Part shown: positions 35,923 to 44,998 of the stretch, piece after piece | Numbering within the stretch: the stretch's first letter is position 1 | How the letters are laid out: each line of letters begins with the position of its first letter | Source: an uncultured Clostridia bacterium | Lineage (GTDB): Bacteria; Bacillota; Clostridia; Lachnospirales; CAG-274 | DNA length: 46,422 bases | Direction of reading: 5' to 3' | Assembly (NCBI GenBank): GCA_944383875.1 | Contig: CALWRD010000120.1 | Span: 1-46,422, forward strand | Notes under the pieces: generated by a model | Seen by the model: the letters and a program-made list of their open reading frames with translations, nothing else | Database searches by the model: none | What the model was told of the DNA's origin: nothing | Translations under genes and position numbers: made by a program

Positions 35923-37359
35923 ATGAACTATATTCTTAAAGGGCATAGCTACGCCGATGATGTGGTAGCTATGCTTATGTTGTTTTTTCCCAATTTAAAA
36001 TATACACGGGTAGAGGAGATAGCTGACGATGGAATTACCTGTTTAAGTGAACGCACCGATAAGGGCTTTGCTGCGGTTATCTTTGAGGAGGGCAGGCAAA
36101 GGGCTCAGTCCTTTGTCCCCATACGGTTTGAGGGCAAAAAGGAAGAAAAACGTGCTCTTGGCATGAGTATCAAGCAGGCTGTCGAAAGCATCGTAAGTGC
36201 GCATATCCCATGGGGCATACTTACGGGTGTGCGCCCTGCCAAGTTTGTTTCTGTAATGCAGGGGGAGGGGATGAGTGACGAGGAGATATTGAAGGTACTT
36301 AAGGAGGACTATGCCGTATCGGAGGATAAGGCAAGGCTTGCCATTCGTGTGGCGCACAGCGAAAGGGCTGTTGTGGAGGGCGCCGAGCCAAATTCCGTAG
36401 GTTTGTACATAGGCATACCCTTCTGTCCCACACGCTGCCTTTACTGTTCCTTTACCTCCTATCCCCTTAAGCAGTATTCCGACAGGGTGGACAAGTATCT
36501 GGACGCCCTTGAAAGGGAAATGGAGTATGTCAGCGGAGCAATAGCGGACAAAACAATTGAAAGCCTTTACATAGGGGGCGGCACGCCCACTTCCCTTAAT
36601 GAGCAGCAGCTTGACAGGCTTTTGGAGATGACGGCAAGGTATTTTAAGCCAGCTAAGGAGTATACAGTGGAGGCAGGCAGACCAGATACCATTACAAGGC
36701 AAAAACTTCGTAGTCTTAAACAGTATGGAGTGGACAGGATATCCATTAACCCACAGACCCTTAACGACAGCACCCTGCGCCTTATAGGCAGGGAGCATGA
36801 TACGGCAATGTTCCTGAAAGCCTTTGAAATGGCAAGGGAGGAAGGGCATAACCATATTAATACGGATATAATACTTGGCTTGCCTTCGGAGGGTAAGACA
36901 GAAGTTACCTATACAATGGAGGGGCTTAAAAAGCTTTTCCCGGAAAGTATTACAGTCCATACCCTTGCGGTCAAGCGTGCCTCAAGGCTTAAGGAAACCC
37001 TTGAAAACTATGCCATGACCTCGGCACAGACTATGGATGAACTTATTAAAATCTCCGCCGATTATACCGCTGATATGGGTATGGAGCCATATTATATGTA
37101 TCGGCAGAAGAATATGGTAGGCAATTTTGAAAACGTAGGCTACTGTAAGCCCCATTGCGAATGTATATACAATATACAGATTATGGAGGAAAAACAGAGC
37201 ATATGGGCACTGGGAGCAGGAGGCTCCACCAAGCTTGTGGATCCGGAAAGCGACAGGATAGAACGTATATTTAATGTAAAGAGTGTTGACGACTATATCG
37301 GCAGGATTGATGAAATGATTGACAGAAAGTGTGCTGCCCGGGATATTTTCAAAAAGTAA
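35923..37359 (+). CDS. hemZ: Radical SAM coproporphyrinogen dehydrogenase-family protein (HemZ-like)
   Basis: 478 aa; GIPFCPTRCLYCSF (CxxxCxxC), GGGTPTSL, and a HemN-like C-terminal part. The N-terminal extension of about 150 aa is typical of HemZ. Confidence 0.8.
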   Translation: MNYILKGHSYADDVVAMLMLFFPNLKYTRVEEIADDGITCLSERTDKGFAAVIFEEGRQRAQSFVPIRFEGKKEEKRALGMSIKQAVESIVSAHIPWGILTGVRPAKFVSVMQGEGMSDEEILKVLKEDYAVSEDKARLAIRVAHSERAVVEGAEPNSVGLYIGIPFCPTRCLYCSFTSYPLKQYSDRVDKYLDALEREMEYVSGAIADKTIESLYIGGGTPTSLNEQQLDRLLEMTARYFKPAKEYTVEAGRPDTITRQKLRSLKQYGVDRISINPQTLNDSTLRLIGREHDTAMFLKAFEMAREEGHNHINTDIILGLPSEGKTEVTYTMEGLKKLFPESITVHTLAVKRASRLKETLENYAMTSAQTMDELIKISADYTADMGMEPYYMYRQKNMVGNFENVGYCKPHCECIYNIQIMEEKQSIWALGAGGSTKLVDPESDRIERIFNVKSVDDYIGRIDEMIDRKCAARDIFKK

Positions 37360-37388
37360 TTGAAAAATACAGTATATGGATATATAAT
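37360..37388 (+). promoter_or_regulatory. Candidate internal promoter for hisS-aspS
   Basis: TTGAAA (37360-65), 17 nt, TATAAT (37383-88). The leader to ATG 37424 is only about 30 nt. Confidence 0.45.
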
Positions 37389-37423
37389 TTCAATGGATAT
37401 AATTTAATCGAAGGAGCGTTATT

Positions 37424-38746
37424 ATGGCACAAAAGGTTAAGCCAAGGACAATGCCCGGTTTTATGGAGCTTTTGCCCTCGGAGCAGATTTTGTTTAATAA
37501 GATGTATGATACAATAAGGGAGGTGTATGAAAGCTTCGGTTTTCTTCCTCTTGATACTCCTGTGCTGGAGCTTGCGGATGTACTGCTTGCAAAGGCAGGG
37601 GGCGAAACGGAAAAGCAGATTTACCGTTTTACCAAGGGCGATACGGATATGGCTATGCGCTTTGACCTTACCGTACCCCTTGCAAGGTATGTGGCACAGC
37701 ACAGCGGTGAGCTGACATTCCCCTTCAAGCGTTACCAGATGAGCAAGGTCTATAGGGGCGAGCGTCCTCAGAAGGGACGTTTCAGAGAGTTTTATCAGTG
37801 CGATATAGATATTATAGGCAGTGATGAGCTGCCTCTTATATATGATGCGGAGATACCTGCGGTTATTTACAACGTGTTTAAGCGTCTTGACTTTGGTAAG
37901 TTTACCGTAAGGCTTAATAACCGAAAGGTGCTTAACGGCTTTTTCGATTCCCTTGGACTTGGGGAAAATGTAACTGATATTCTGCGTATTATAGACAAGA
38001 TAGACAAGATAGGTTCCGAAAAGGTTCTTGCGGAGCTTGGAGAACTGGGTGTGACCTCGGAGGCGGCAGAAAAAATACTGAGCTTTATTACCGCAGAGGG
38101 AAGCACCGATGACAAGCTTGCCTATCTTAAGGGACTTGATATTGACAATCCTGCCTTTAAGGAAGGAGTTTCGGAGCTTGAACAGACCGCTGAAAATATG
38201 CGTATGTTCGGCATAGAGGAAGATTATTTCACCATTGATCTGACCATTGCGAGGGGTCTTGATTATTATACGGGTACGGTGTATGAAACCGTACTTGACG
38301 ATTACAGATCCCTTGGCAGTATCTGCTCGGGAGGTCGCTATGATGACCTGACAGGATATTATACAAATCGTAAAATGCCGGGTATAGGTATTTCAATAGG
38401 TCTGACAAGGCTGTTTTCACAGCTTAAGGAGGCAGGCATTATCAAGGCGGAGTGCGGCAGTATCGCTAGGGTGCTTGTTGCACCTATGGACTGTAATATG
38501 TCCTACACCCTTAAAGTTGCAAGTATGCTCAGGAATGCGGGTATACCCACAGAGGTATATTATGCGGACAAGGGCTTTAAGCACAAGATGAAGTTTGCGG
38601 ACAAACTGGGTATCCCCTATGTTGCGGTTATCGGCAGCAGCGAGGAGGAAAGCGGCAGCGTGTCTGTTAAAAATATGGCTACGGGCGAACAGGTGACCGT
38701 TCCCCTTGAAAATATGGCTGAAGAAATAAAAAAAGGAGATAAATAA
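37424..38746 (+). CDS. hisS: Histidine--tRNA ligase
   Basis: 440 aa; class II motifs (FRYEMPQKGRYREFYQ-type: VYRGERPQKGRFREFYQCD), GGRYDDL, and a C-terminal anticodon-binding domain. Confidence 0.93.
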   Translation: MAQKVKPRTMPGFMELLPSEQILFNKMYDTIREVYESFGFLPLDTPVLELADVLLAKAGGETEKQIYRFTKGDTDMAMRFDLTVPLARYVAQHSGELTFPFKRYQMSKVYRGERPQKGRFREFYQCDIDIIGSDELPLIYDAEIPAVIYNVFKRLDFGKFTVRLNNRKVLNGFFDSLGLGENVTDILRIIDKIDKIGSEKVLAELGELGVTSEAAEKILSFITAEGSTDDKLAYLKGLDIDNPAFKEGVSELEQTAENMRMFGIEEDYFTIDLTIARGLDYYTGTVYETVLDDYRSLGSICSGGRYDDLTGYYTNRKMPGIGISIGLTRLFSQLKEAGIIKAECGSIARVLVAPMDCNMSYTLKVASMLRNAGIPTEVYYADKGFKHKMKFADKLGIPYVAVIGSSEEESGSVSVKNMATGEQVTVPLENMAEEIKKGDK

Positions 38747-38747
38747 G

Positions 38748-40541
38748 ATGAGCGAGTTTATGACAGGGCTTAAGCGCAGCTGCTACTGCGGCGAGGTAAG
38801 CGAGGCTATGATCGGCAAGGAAGTTACACTTATGGGCTGGGTAAGCAGAAGAAGGGTGTTCAGTCACTTTTCATTCATACTTTTGCGTGACCGCAGCGGA
38901 ATTGTGCAGATAGTTGTTGACGGGGACAATTCCCCCGAGGAAATCGTTAATAAGGATAAGGAAATCAGGAGCGAATATGTCCTTGCGGTTAAGGGTATCG
39001 TACAGGCGCGTACCGAAGAAAACATCAATGAAAAGATGGCTACCGGCAGGGTAGAGGTTGCCGTAACGGAGCTCAGGATACTTTCCGAGTCCGAGACCCC
39101 TCCTTTTCAGGTTGAGGAAAGGGTGGATGTATCCACTGAGCTGAGGCTTAAGTACCGTTATCTTGACTTAAGACGTCCCAATGTGGCTAAAAATATCATT
39201 TTAAGGCACAAGGCGGCACAGCTGGTAAGGAAGTTCCTTACAGATGAGGGCTTTATTGAAATTGAAACCCCTATGCTGGGCAAGTCAACTCCCGAGGGCG
39301 CAAGGGATTATCTTGTACCAAGCCGTGTACATCCCGGTTCTTTCTACGGTCTGCCTCAAAGCCCACAGCTTTATAAGCAGCTCCTTATGGTATCGGGCTT
39401 TGACCGTTATTTCCAGATAGCAAAGTGTTTCCGTGACGAGGACTTAAGGGCTGACAGACAGCCTGAGTTTACCCAGATAGATATGGAGCTTTCCTTTGTT
39501 GACGAGGAAGATATTATGGACATCAACGAAAGGCTCATCAAGTACGTATTTAAGGAGCTTAAGGGCATTGATGTACCTACTCCTTTTCAACGTATGCCAT
39601 GGATAGAGGCAATGGAGCGTTTCGGCTCCGATAAGCCTGATGTGCGCTTCGGTATGGAGCTTAAAAATATTACGGATATTGTAAATGGCAGTGACTTCGG
39701 CGTATTCCAGAACGCCATTGACGCAGACGGCTCCGTAAGAGGCATCAATGCGGAGGGACTTGGATCTCTCCCTCGCAAGCAGCTTGACAAGCTTGTGGAT
39801 CTTGCCAAAACCTACGGTGCAAAGGGTCTTGCGTGGATAATTGTCAATGAGGACGGCTATAAGAGTACTATCTCAAAGTTCTTTGATGACAGCAAGCTTG
39901 CTGAAATTGCAGCCTGCTTTGAGGCTAAGCCCGGGGATCTTATCCTTATCTGTGCCGATAAAAACAAGGTGGTATTTGATGCCCTCGGTGCATTAAGGCT
40001 TGACTGTGCAAAGAGGCTTGACCTCCTTAAGGATGACGAGTACCGCTTCCTTTGGGTAACGGAGTTCCCTATGCTTGAATACAGCGAGGAGGAGCAGCGT
40101 TATGTGGCTGTACATCATCCATTCACCGCTCCTATGGACGAGGATCTGCAGTACCTTGACTCCGACCCGGGAAGGGTAAGGGCTAAGGCGTACGATATGG
40201 TCCTTAACGGCTGTGAGCTGGGAGGCGGCAGTATAAGGATACATCAGCAGGATATTCAGAATGAAATGTTCAAACTCCTTGGCTTTACCAAGGAGGATGC
40301 GCAGGATCGTTTCGGTTTCCTTCTGGATGCCTTTAAGTACGGTGCGCCACCTCACGGTGGACTTGCCTTCGGCTTTGACAGGCTTATTATGCTTATGACA
40401 GGGGCTGAAAGCATCAGGGATGTAATTGCCTTCCCTAAGGTAAAGGACGCAAGCTGTCTCCTTACCAATGCCCCCGATGTTGTGGATCAAAAACAGCTTG
40501 ATGAGCTGGGCATAGCTGTTGTTGAGAATAAAGAAGAATAA
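38748..40541 (+). CDS. aspS: Aspartate--tRNA ligase
   Basis: 597 aa; N-terminal OB fold, FYGLPQSPQLYKQLLM, FRDEDLRADRQPEFTQID, GGGSIRIH, and GLAFGFDRLIMLM. Confidence 0.95.
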   Translation: MSEFMTGLKRSCYCGEVSEAMIGKEVTLMGWVSRRRVFSHFSFILLRDRSGIVQIVVDGDNSPEEIVNKDKEIRSEYVLAVKGIVQARTEENINEKMATGRVEVAVTELRILSESETPPFQVEERVDVSTELRLKYRYLDLRRPNVAKNIILRHKAAQLVRKFLTDEGFIEIETPMLGKSTPEGARDYLVPSRVHPGSFYGLPQSPQLYKQLLMVSGFDRYFQIAKCFRDEDLRADRQPEFTQIDMELSFVDEEDIMDINERLIKYVFKELKGIDVPTPFQRMPWIEAMERFGSDKPDVRFGMELKNITDIVNGSDFGVFQNAIDADGSVRGINAEGLGSLPRKQLDKLVDLAKTYGAKGLAWIIVNEDGYKSTISKFFDDSKLAEIAACFEAKPGDLILICADKNKVVFDALGALRLDCAKRLDLLKDDEYRFLWVTEFPMLEYSEEEQRYVAVHHPFTAPMDEDLQYLDSDPGRVRAKAYDMVLNGCELGGGSIRIHQQDIQNEMFKLLGFTKEDAQDRFGFLLDAFKYGAPPHGGLAFGFDRLIMLMTGAESIRDVIAFPKVKDASCLLTNAPDVVDQKQLDELGIAVVENKEE

Positions 40542-40549
40542 TTTTTTAG

Positions 40550-40591
40550 CCGAGAAGTGTTGTTGAAAGTAATAACCTTCTCGGTTTTTTA
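40550..40591 (+). terminator. Rho-independent terminator after aspS
   Basis: CCGAGAAG (40550-57) / CTTCTCGG (40577-84), followed by TTTTTTAT. Confidence 0.8.
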
Positions 40592-40669
40592 TACTAAAAT
40601 AGGTGAGGATATTAATCTTTTATAAGTTATTTGACTGCAGGAACTTGACAAAATTATTTATTTCACATA

Positions 40670-40696
40670 ATCCGTAACTACAGTTTAGTTACGGAT
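40670..40696. promoter_or_regulatory. Perfect 11-bp inverted repeat overlapping the putative hicAB promoter (candidate HicB operator)
   Basis: ATCCGTAACTA-CAGTT-TAGTTACGGAT. TTGACA lies at 40645-50 and CATAAT at 40666-71, but the spacer is only 15 nt, so the promoter call is weak. Confidence 0.4.
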
Positions 40697-40716
40697 GCAT
40701 GGTGACTCTGAATTAA

Positions 40717-40973
40717 ATGAGCAAATTTGAAAAGATCAAGAAAGAGTAAGAAACTATCCAAGAGATTATACTTATACAGAAGCCAGAAGTTTACTAATTC
40801 AAATGGGATTTGAAGAATATAATAAGGGTAAAACTTCGGGGTCTAGGGTTAAGTTTTATAGGAGTAGGGACAAAAAAGTAATATTACTCCATAAACCACA
40901 TCCGGGAGATATAATGAAAATAGGAACAGTGAGAGATTTAGTTGATTGTTTGAAGGAAATAGGTGAACTTTAA
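40717..40973 (+). pseudogene. hicA: hicA-family toxin gene disrupted by a frameshift
   Basis: ATG 40717 gives MSKFEKIKKE, then TAA at 40747. The rest of the HicA/YcfA domain continues in the -1 frame to TAA 40971-73: ...RNYPRDYTYTEARSLLIQMGFEEYNKGKTSGSRVKFYRSRDKKVILLHKPHPGDIMKIGTVRDLVDCLKEIGEL. The shift must lie within 40731-40746, an A-rich run. Confidence 0.7.
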
Positions 40974-41297
40974 ATGAAAAACAATGTATTGGAATATAAA
41001 GGTTATCATACAAAAATTGAATATAGTGCAGAAGAAATGTTGTTAAGGGGAAAAATAGATGGTATCGATGATTTAGTAAATTTTGAAAGTGATAGTGCAG
41101 AGAAAATAGTAGAAGAGTTTCATTTGGCTGTTGATGATTATTTGGAATTTTGTAAAGAGGTAGGAAAAGAACCGGATAAGGAGTATAGCGGAACATTTAA
41201 TGTACGAATTAAACCTGAGTTGCACAGAAAACTCTCACTACTTGCTTCAAAAAACGGAGATACATTAAATGCAACTGTTGCGAAGGTAATTAAATGA
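40974..41297 (+). CDS. hicB: HicB-family antitoxin
   Basis: 107 aa; MKNNVLEYKGYHTKIEYSAEEMLLRGKIDGIDDLVNFESDS...GTFNVRIKPELHRKLSLLASKNGDTLNATV (C-terminal RHH-like). The start abuts the hicA stop (TAAATG). Confidence 0.85.
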   Translation: MKNNVLEYKGYHTKIEYSAEEMLLRGKIDGIDDLVNFESDSAEKIVEEFHLAVDDYLEFCKEVGKEPDKEYSGTFNVRIKPELHRKLSLLASKNGDTLNATVAKVIK

Positions 41298-41346
41298 TGG
41301 AGTTCGAGTAACAATAACAAGACACGTTAGTTTTGAACCAAAGGAT

Positions 41347-41577
41347 GTGTATGAATTGACAGTATCATTTGGGGCTTTGCTTAGATTTAACAGTGAAAAA
41401 ACAATGGATTGGACTCAGGTGAATTTAAAGGAAGAATTTAGAAACAATGGAGTTTTTGTTACAGCTAATCTAATTCACCGTATTTCTTTGCTCATTGCTG
41501 AGATAACTTCCTCATATGGTCAAATGCCGCTTATATTAGCGCCTGATTTTATTGACAGAAATAATGAACAAAGGTGA
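41347..41577 (+). CDS. Hypothetical small protein (possibly a gene remnant)
   Basis: 76-aa ORF with a GTG start, no clear RBS and no recognisable motif. It lies in the AT-rich islet. Confidence 0.25.
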   Translation: MYELTVSFGALLRFNSEKTMDWTQVNLKEEFRNNGVFVTANLIHRISLLIAEITSSYGQMPLILAPDFIDRNNEQR

Positions 41578-41600
41578 CCAATATCTTAGGTCACCTTTGT
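41568..41600. terminator. Bidirectional terminator hairpin
   Basis: ACAAAGGTGACC (41568-79) / GGTCACCTTTGT (41589-600); 12 bp perfect. It lies 28 nt downstream of the dut stop on the minus strand. Confidence 0.75.
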
Positions 41601-41627
41601 TTAAAGGGGGAAAATGAAAAAGACATA

Positions 41628-42140
41628 TTACTTGCCGCTGCTGCCCAGCTTGCCGTCGCCTCTGACCGAAGGATAGTCGGCAAGGGCGGCAGGGTCTATT
41701 ACTTCTATACTAAGTTCATTGTGTACATTGTGTACTATGCCTTGAAAAAGTGCCTTTGTATAGGGGTATACTGTCATGGTATCCTCTATAAGGGACTTAA
41801 AGGCGGGAGGCAGAGTGTTTATGTCTGCCTTGAGGATAACAAGGGGCTTATTTGTACTGTTGGTAGTGGCAAGGAACCACTCGCCGCGATAGCTTGAGTC
41901 AATTACTCCGGCGCTGTACTTAATTCCCTTGCTGCCGCTTGAACCCCTTTCCTGTATCTGGACATAGTAGTTAAGAGGAATTACACTTGCTATGCCTGTG
42001 GGTACAAGTCTTGTTTCGTGAGGAGGTATCAGGAAGTAATCCTCGTCAAAGCAGGGATATATGTCAAATCCTGCATTCCAAGCTTCCCTTTGGGGAATTA
42101 CCGCACCTTCTTTCAATTTTGCAAATCTGATTTTATCCAT
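41628..42140 (-). CDS. dut: dUTP diphosphatase (trimeric dUTPase family)
   Basis: 170 aa from ATG 42140 (AAGGAG 6 nt upstream): MDKIRFAKL...NAGFDIY, ERGSSGSKG, GVIDSSYRGEW, VRGDGKLGSSG. These match dUTPase motifs I, II, III and V. The tracked start at 42203 overlaps nrdG. Confidence 0.85.
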   Translation of the reverse strand: MDKIRFAKLKEGAVIPQREAWNAGFDIYPCFDEDYFLIPPHETRLVPTGIASVIPLNYYVQIQERGSSGSKGIKYSAGVIDSSYRGEWFLATTNSTNKPLVILKADINTLPPAFKSLIEDTMTVYPYTKALFQGIVHNVHNELSIEVIDPAALADYPSVRGDGKLGSSGK

Positions 42141-42150
42141 ATTGTGCTCC

Positions 42151-42645
42151 TTATTCAGCGTCATAGAGTACCGCTTCCCCTCGTTGGAGGGTGGCAGGTA
42201 CATTTATAATACGCTGATTGCTGCTTCCTCGCCAATGCAGCTGTGTATTTTTCAGTTCTTCCACAAACCTGCCGTCAACCAGTACATCAATGTATTTCAT
42301 AACAGGAAGATTGCTTATCTCTTCCCAAAGATAGCCGGTATAGAGCCAAATGGTTTTTGTCGGATACTCCGACTTGTATCTTTTGGCAAGTTCGGTAACC
42401 TTATCTCTGTTAAGGGGGTGAAGAGGGTCTCCGCCGCTGAAGGTAAGACCGGATACATAGGGCTTACCTGCGGACTTGAACAATTCTTCCTCGGCATCAT
42501 CATCAAAGGGTATGCCGCCGTTTATATCCCAAGTGATAGGATTTTGGCAATTTTCACAGTGGTGTGTGCAGCCTGCCACCCACAGCACCGTCCTGAGTCC
42601 TTCACCGTTTAACATATCGTCGTGTGTTATATTATGGTATCTCAT
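42151..42645 (-). CDS. nrdG: Anaerobic ribonucleoside-triphosphate reductase activating protein (radical SAM)
   Basis: 164 aa from ATG 42645: MRYHNITHDDMLNGEGLRTVLWVAGCTHHCENCQNP (CxxxCxxC). The tracked start at 42699 overlaps the nrdD 3' end. Confidence 0.92.
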   Translation of the reverse strand: MRYHNITHDDMLNGEGLRTVLWVAGCTHHCENCQNPITWDINGGIPFDDDAEEELFKSAGKPYVSGLTFSGGDPLHPLNRDKVTELAKRYKSEYPTKTIWLYTGYLWEEISNLPVMKYIDVLVDGRFVEELKNTQLHWRGSSNQRIINVPATLQRGEAVLYDAE

Positions 42646-42655
42646 TTTTTGCACC

Positions 42656-44824
42656 TTACATACTCTTTCTGTCGGCGATTTCTGCCATCTTGGCATCATT
42701 GAGCCTTGTGTCGCCGTTTACTCTGGAATAGCTAAGATAGCCGTTCATACGCTCAATTTTGGTCAGATTTTTGCTTCCGCATTTAGGACATACGTCCATA
42801 TCAAGCTCCTGATGTCCGCAGTCGTCGCAGAAGGAAAGGGACAGGTTTACACCTTCATAAAATCCCATATCCATAGCCCTGTATATCAATGTTTTGATAG
42901 CCTCGGTGTTATAGTCTATAGGATATTTTACGTACTGTATTTTACCGCCGTTCATCAGGTTCCAGAATCTCTTTTCCAGATCCTGCTTCTGAATAGGTGT
43001 TATGTCCTCCGTAACGTGGCAGTGGAAGCTGTTGGAAACATATTCCCTGTCGGATACGTGTTCAATTATGCCGTATTTCTTCCTGAACTGCTTAACCTGC
43101 AAGCCGCAGAGGTTTTCGGCAGGTGTACCGTAGAGAGCGTACAGGATGCCGTCCTCTTTCTTGTATTGGTTTACCTTGTCATTGATATATTCCATTACCT
43201 CAAGTGCAAATTGACCGTCCTCAACAAGACTCTTGCCGTTGTACAGCTCCTGAAGCTCATTAAGTGCGGTTATGCCGAAGCTGACAGTACATGGCTTAAG
43301 CAGAGGCTTGATCTTGTCATGGGGCTTAAGATGTCCGCCGTAAAAACCGCCCTCACAGTAGGCAACAGGGTTAGTGGAGGCTCTCATTTCTCCGAGATAA
43401 TCAATGGTTTTTTTGTGTATATTTCTGATCATTTCAAGGTAGTAATCAAGTACTTCGTAGAAGTCACGGCTTTCAGCCCTTGCCTTAGCCAGTATCATAG
43501 GAAGGTGGAGACTGATTGCGCCCAAGTTGAAACGACCTACCACTACAGGCTTGTCATTTTCGTCCGCAGGCTCCATACCGCCTCTTTCAAACCACAGTGA
43601 AAGGAAGGCACGGCAGCCCATAGGACTGATTACTACGCCGTACTTTTTGTAAGCTTCTGCAACATAGCTGTCGCCGGTAAGGCTGAGCCAGTCGGGATAC
43701 ATCGTCTTTGCGGAGCAGCGAAGTCCCGCCTCAAATACGTCATGAAGCTCTCCGCCTTCACCGTGAAGATTTTCATCGTAAAGGAATACCAGTTTTGGAA
43801 AAAGTGTAGGCTTTTTGTTGCCTTCCTTACCTTGACCGTTACGGTGCACATCAAGGGCGGTGATGGACGCCATTTTGCCGAAACGATCCTTTGCAAGTCC
43901 CAGAGTCATTGTGATAAATGGATAATCGCCTCTGGAGGAACCTACGGAATTAAGCTTATATTCAAGTCCCTGGAAACCCTGCTCAAACTCACGTTTTACT
44001 TTCTTAACCGCACATTTGTCAATATACTTTTCATCCTCAGGGGTAAGGTTGTCTTTACCGCCTATGGTAAGGACATAATCCTTTATCTCGTTGTAGTATT
44101 TGTCATAGCTCTTCTGTGCATAAGGAGAGAGTATCTTATCTATTTCCGGTACGGTGAAACCACCGTACTGCTGACTGGCGGTTGAAAGCACCACATCACC
44201 TATGACATCAAAGGCAACACAGAGGGTCTTAGGTTCATTATACCAGAGATTACCCATTTCAAAGCCGCCCTTAAGCACCGACGCCATATCAAAAAGACAG
44301 CAGTTCATGGTATCACGCCTTGCGGACATATCGTGTATATAAATGTAACCGTCACGACAGGCCTGTTTTTCATCGGTAGTTAAGAAAAACTTTTGATAAA
44401 GCTCCTTGTTAAGCTGATTGTATATAAGGCTGCGTTTGGTTGCCACCAGTGCCGAGTCGGTATTGGAGTTTTCTTTGTCGCCTATGTACATAATAGACTG
44501 TGCTTTCTGATATACATCGTCAAGCATATGGACGAAGTCTTTTTTGTAGTTGCGATAGTCCTTATAGCTTTTTGCAACTTTAGGCTCGATATCTTCCAAA
44601 GCGCTTTCAACCAAGTTGTGCATGGTCTGAATAGGTATCTTTTCCATATTTTCGCTTTCAATTCTACTTGTAATATGGTTTATTATCGCATCATATTCCT
44701 CTTTTGAAAAGGTATACATAACCCTGCTTGCGGATTTGGTTATTGCCTTTATGATTTTGCTTGCGTCAAATGCCTCAAGCGTACCGTCCTTTTTAATAAT
44801 AAATGATTTTTTTGCTTCTGTCAT
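42656..44824 (-). CDS. nrdD: Anaerobic ribonucleoside-triphosphate reductase (class III, glycyl radical)
   Basis: 722 aa. N-terminal ATP-cone (IKKDGTLEAFDASKIIKAI). C-terminal zinc ribbon CDDCGHQ...CPKCGS, followed by the glycyl-radical motif RMNGYLS. Confidence 0.95.
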   Translation of the reverse strand: MTEAKKSFIIKKDGTLEAFDASKIIKAITKSASRVMYTFSKEEYDAIINHITSRIESENMEKIPIQTMHNLVESALEDIEPKVAKSYKDYRNYKKDFVHMLDDVYQKAQSIMYIGDKENSNTDSALVATKRSLIYNQLNKELYQKFFLTTDEKQACRDGYIYIHDMSARRDTMNCCLFDMASVLKGGFEMGNLWYNEPKTLCVAFDVIGDVVLSTASQQYGGFTVPEIDKILSPYAQKSYDKYYNEIKDYVLTIGGKDNLTPEDEKYIDKCAVKKVKREFEQGFQGLEYKLNSVGSSRGDYPFITMTLGLAKDRFGKMASITALDVHRNGQGKEGNKKPTLFPKLVFLYDENLHGEGGELHDVFEAGLRCSAKTMYPDWLSLTGDSYVAEAYKKYGVVISPMGCRAFLSLWFERGGMEPADENDKPVVVGRFNLGAISLHLPMILAKARAESRDFYEVLDYYLEMIRNIHKKTIDYLGEMRASTNPVAYCEGGFYGGHLKPHDKIKPLLKPCTVSFGITALNELQELYNGKSLVEDGQFALEVMEYINDKVNQYKKEDGILYALYGTPAENLCGLQVKQFRKKYGIIEHVSDREYVSNSFHCHVTEDITPIQKQDLEKRFWNLMNGGKIQYVKYPIDYNTEAIKTLIYRAMDMGFYEGVNLSLSFCDDCGHQELDMDVCPKCGSKNLTKIERMNGYLSYSRVNGDTRLNDAKMAEIADRKSM

Positions 44825-44939
44825 TGGTCTGACCCCCTTTTACATTCTCTTCCGGGAACTGTCTTGTTATATATGAAGAAACAGCTCTTTTGCTTGATAT
44901 TAAAAACAAATAAATACAGAATTATGGGTGGTTTAATCA

Positions 44940-44988
44940 CCACTACATTTCGTGTAAGATATATTTTAGCACCACAATATATAGTGTG
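44940..44988. promoter_or_regulatory. Two NrdR boxes
   Basis: CCACTACATTTCGTGT (44940-55) and CCACAATATATAGTGT (44973-88) match the palindromic acaCwAtATaTwGtgt-type NrdR operator. They are 33 bp apart and overlap the nrdD promoter. Confidence 0.7.
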
Positions 44989-44992
44989 TCAA
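44963..44992 (-). promoter_or_regulatory. Candidate nrdD promoter
   Basis: Minus strand: TTGACA (44992-87), 18 nt, TAAAAT (44968-63). Confidence 0.5.
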
Positions 44993-44998
44993 TGCCTT

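Noticed and set aside
36043-36960. 305-aa minus-strand ORF
   Set aside because: It is antisense to the radical-SAM hemZ-like CDS. It is a shadow ORF.
40803-40973. Shorter intact hicA starting at the internal ATG 40803
   Set aside because: It has no RBS and would remove the N-terminal helix of the HicA fold. The upstream in-frame HicA-like residues, together with the separate MSKFEK start, argue for a frameshifted full-length gene.
41574-41897. 107-aa plus-strand ORF
   Set aside because: It starts inside the bidirectional terminator and runs antisense to dut. It is a shadow ORF.
42476-43600. 374-aa plus-strand ORF (also 42061-42612 and 43742-44185 on the plus strand)
   Set aside because: These lie antisense to nrdG/nrdD, whose translations carry unambiguous family motifs.
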